The notes below the pieces were generated by a model. It worked only from the letters and a program-made list of their open reading frames with translations. It did no database searches and was not told the DNA's origin. 64,000 bases of DNA from the NCBI GenBank assembly GCA_963727455.1, contig CAVSGG010000017.1, positions 198,211-262,210 on the forward strand. The letters run 5' to 3'. Below, piece by piece: positions 61,564 through 64,000 of this stretch (its first letter is position 1; every line of letters begins with the position of its first letter). Source of the stretch: Candidatus Krumholzibacteriota bacterium. Its GTDB lineage: Bacteria; Krumholzibacteriota; Krumholzibacteriia; JAJRXK01. The position numbers and the translations under genes are program-made.

Positions 61564-61650
61564 GGACTTCCCAAGCTAAGCCGTGGAACGCGCGCTGGTC
61601 CAGAACATTGCGGGCGCTCGCCGGTTGCTCAGGGTCTTTCGATCCGTGCT

Positions 61651-61839
61651 TCACCTTCCTCTCACAAGTGGTTCACAGTTCGGAGTTGGTCCGTGACCGT
61701 TCCAAAGTGTCTCGACGTTCGGAGTTGGACTCTGGTTCCGAGTGTCTCGACATTCGGAGTTCGACTTCCCTTCGCCGAAGTGGTTCACAGTTCGGAGTTG
61801 GTCCGTGACCGTTCCAAGGTGTCTCGACGTTCGGAGTTG
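61651..61839. repeat. Intergenic array of five 35-39 bp units containing a 62-bp near-perfect direct repeat
   Basis: TTCGGAGTT at 61679, 61718, 61753, 61791 and 61830; 61666-61727 equals 61778-61839 with one mismatch. Confidence 0.9.
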
Positions 61840-62139
61840 CTCGGCTCCCATCCCGGCCGACTCAGATTCCAGCCTCTTCCAATTTTTCACCTTAAATGCG
61901 CTACTGGTTATCGAGCTGGACTACACCATCTCCAGCCGTGTCGACAGGGCAAAAGGGCGGCTTCCTACCTCTTACCGAGCACCCACCACAGATTGCTCGG
62001 GGTATAGGAAGGACTGGCTCTCGGGGAGGCACTTCCAATATATACAAATATTCGTTTGGTGCAATGGGAGAATTTCAGAGGGCTATGCTCCCAGGAACTC
62101 TGCCAGTTCAGAGGATTGCGATTCCCGCATATTCATTCT

Positions 62140-62163
62140 ATAATTCCAAAATTATGGAAATTA
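62140..62163. promoter_or_regulatory. Probable ArsR operator overlapping the arsR start
   Basis: AT-rich inverted repeat TTCCA-aaatta-TGGAA spanning ATG 62154. Confidence 0.55.
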
Positions 62164-62528
62164 CATCCGCCCAACAGGTTCTTTCAGCACTGGCTCAGGA
62201 AACCCGGCTCTCAGTCTTCCGGCTCCTCGTCCGAGAAGGAAAGGAGGGCCTCTCCGCCGGGGAGATTGCCCAGGCCCTCGCGATCCCTGCGCCCACCCTG
62301 TCCTTCCATCTGAAGGAACTTGCGCGGGCCAGATTGATCGAAGCTCAACGCGAGGGGCGATCCATCCGATACACCCTGCGGCCCGATCAAATGCGGGAGT
62401 TTCTCGGATTCCTCAGCGAGGACTGCTGCCAGGGGCAAGCGGAGCTCTGTTTGCCACGCGGTCGAACTCTGGGTGGACGAACTGAGCCAATCGAGCGAAG
62501 CACGCCGGGCGAAAGTGGGGACCGATGA
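62154..62528 (+). CDS. arsR: ArsR/SmtB-family arsenic-responsive repressor (C-terminal CC...C type)
   Basis: [30 protein letters not shown]...C; coupled to acr3. Confidence 0.9.
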   Translation: MEITSAQQVLSALAQETRLSVFRLLVREGKEGLSAGEIAQALAIPAPTLSFHLKELARARLIEAQREGRSIRYTLRPDQMREFLGFLSEDCCQGQAELCLPRGRTLGGRTEPIERSTPGESGDR

Positions 62529-63712
62529 CGACGCAAGCATGTATCACGAAAGAGCCGCAGGGCCTGGGGTTCTTCGAACGCTACCTCACAGTGTGGGTTC
62601 TTCTGTGCATCGGGCTGGGAATTTTGCTCGGACGCTTTTCTCCCGGAGTGGCGCACAGGCTCGATGGGATGACGCTGAACGTGAACGGTGCGCCGATCAT
62701 TTCCATTCCGATCGCGGTGTGCCTGTTCCTCATGATGTACCCCATCATGGTGAAGATCGACTTCGGCGAGGTGATGCGTGCGGGCCAGAACCTCAAGCCG
62801 GTGACGTTGACTCTCATCGTGAACTGGGCCATCAAACCCTTCACGATGTTCGCACTCAGCAGTTTCTTCTTGGGGATTGTCTTCTTGAAGTTCATCGGTC
62901 CCGATGCGATCGACACCGTGAAGTTACCCCTGGGGCTGAACCTGGCGGTGGGAGCAAGCTACGGGGACGGCACGGTGATCCTCTCCCACGGCGTCAAGAT
63001 GCTAGCTGTGCCACTGTGGCGCAGTTATCTGGCGGGCTGCATCCTGCTGGGAATCGCGCCGTGCACGGCCATGGTCCTGGTCTGGGGTTACCTCGCGCGC
63101 GGCAACGACGGTCACACCCTGGTCATGGTCGCTATCAACTCGCTCTTCATGCTCGTATTGTACGGACCGCTGGGAGGCTTCCTGCTCGGGGTGGGTAGAC
63201 TGCCGGTTCCCTGGCAGGCCCTGTTCCTTTCGATCTCGGTGTACGTCGCACTGCCGCTTCTGGCGGGATATCTCTCGCGGCGTTGGATCGTCAGGGCGAA
63301 GGGAGAGGAGTGGTTCCAACGGCGCTTTTTGCACCTCTTAACGCCCATCACCATCCTTGCGCTCCTTCTCACCCTGGTTCTGCTATTTTCGTTCAAGGGC
63401 GAAGTCATCACCAGAAACCCGCTCACGATTCTGTGGATCGCCGTGCCGCTCTTCCTGCAGACCCTGCTGATCTTCGGAATTACGTATGCCGCAGCGAGTT
63501 GGCTCGAGCTGAGTTACCGGGATGCCGCCCCATCGGCTCTCATTGGGGCCTCAAATCACTTCGAGGTGGCCATCGCGACCGCGGTCATGCTCTTCGGACT
63601 CTCCTCGGGAGCGGCGCTGGCCACCGTGGTCGGTGTGCTGATCGAGGTGCCCACAATGCTGCTCTTGGTACGGATTTGCCTCCAACGTGGCGGATTTACC
63701 ACGAGAAGTTAA
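62525..63712 (+). CDS. acr3: ACR3-family arsenite efflux transporter
   Basis: [48 protein letters not shown]. Confidence 0.95.
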   Translation: MTTQACITKEPQGLGFFERYLTVWVLLCIGLGILLGRFSPGVAHRLDGMTLNVNGAPIISIPIAVCLFLMMYPIMVKIDFGEVMRAGQNLKPVTLTLIVNWAIKPFTMFALSSFFLGIVFLKFIGPDAIDTVKLPLGLNLAVGASYGDGTVILSHGVKMLAVPLWRSYLAGCILLGIAPCTAMVLVWGYLARGNDGHTLVMVAINSLFMLVLYGPLGGFLLGVGRLPVPWQALFLSISVYVALPLLAGYLSRRWIVRAKGEEWFQRRFLHLLTPITILALLLTLVLLFSFKGEVITRNPLTILWIAVPLFLQTLLIFGITYAAASWLELSYRDAAPSALIGASNHFEVAIATAVMLFGLSSGAALATVVGVLIEVPTMLLLVRICLQRGGFTTRS

Positions 63713-63763
63713 CTTGACAGAGCACCGCCTGTCCCCGAGCGTCCACATGCGCCTTGGAATCGC

Positions 63764-63791
63764 AACCCGCTTCCAGACGGAGGCGGGTTTT
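63764..63791 (+). terminator. Rho-independent terminator after acr3
   Basis: AACCCGCTTCC-AGAC-GGAGGCGGGTT running into a short T tract. Confidence 0.7.
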
Positions 63792-63861
63792 ATGGTGCTC
63801 AGAACATCAGCTCTCCCTGGAGCCAGGTCCTGACCCCCTCAACTCAGAGTGGAGTGTATCA

Positions 63862-64000
63862 TTGACCGACGAGACCGCGGGAGCCCGGATCCGCAAAGCG
63901 GTGAATCTCCTGAGACAACTTCTCGAGTCACCGCGTGCCGAGGGGGACGATCGCCAGTGGGTCGGGAAGGTGAAAGAGCGTCTCGAAGAGCTAGAGCTTG
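63862..64000 (+). CDS. Possible partial CDS (5' end) running off the window
   Basis: GGAG followed by TTG at 63862; open frame LTDETAGARIRKAVNLLRQLLESP...LEEL to the window end; function unknown. Confidence 0.35.
   Translation, partial: MTDETAGARIRKAVNLLRQLLESPRAEGDDRQWVGKVKERLEELEL

Noticed and set aside
61651-61839. CRISPR or TIGR-type guide array
   Set aside because: The constant core is only 9 bp, the variable parts are themselves duplicated, and no cas or Nop-domain gene is nearby; kept only as an unexplained repeat.
61896-62153. N-terminal extension of ArsR in the 210-aa ORF
   Set aside because: ArsR homology begins at MEITSAQ (62154); the upstream part is AT-rich promoter and operator sequence.

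Overview
GC-rich chromosomal segment with no rRNA, tRNA, CRISPR array, integrase or transposase that I can see. The gene content (four Hanks-type Ser/Thr kinases with TolB/TPR sensor domains, a FlgD/T9SS-like C-terminal domain, a C-terminal SWGxxKxxY motif, TonB receptor, LpxR-like protein) suggests a diderm FCB-related candidate phylum such as Krumholzibacteriota, Eisenbacteria or Latescibacterota; this is inference only. Recognisable modules: a 19-heme cytochrome c fused to a cytochrome b domain (CbcL-like), TlpA and an exported MsrB-MsrA, a TetR-TolC-HlyD-ABC efflux operon, a sugar ABC importer, carAB of the eukaryote/Bacteroidota-like type, a secreted endonuclease I with duplicated FN3 and LTD-like modules, a 14-repeat FG-GAP protein, a coupled operon of small membrane protein, GH92 and propeller-transglutaminase, and arsR-acr3. 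Structure not shown by the ORF track: (1) a decayed duplicate at 47.1-49.3 kb of the lipoprotein pair plus small membrane gene found at 53.0-55.0 kb, the two copies bracketing the FG-GAP gene; (2) a five-unit 35-39 bp higher-order repeat array at 61.65-61.84 kb; (3) a recurring TGCTANNNT extended -10 motif; (4) a Fur-like palindrome; (5) two genes with internal deletions removing catalytic regions; (6) clustered single-base frameshifts that may be assembly errors.
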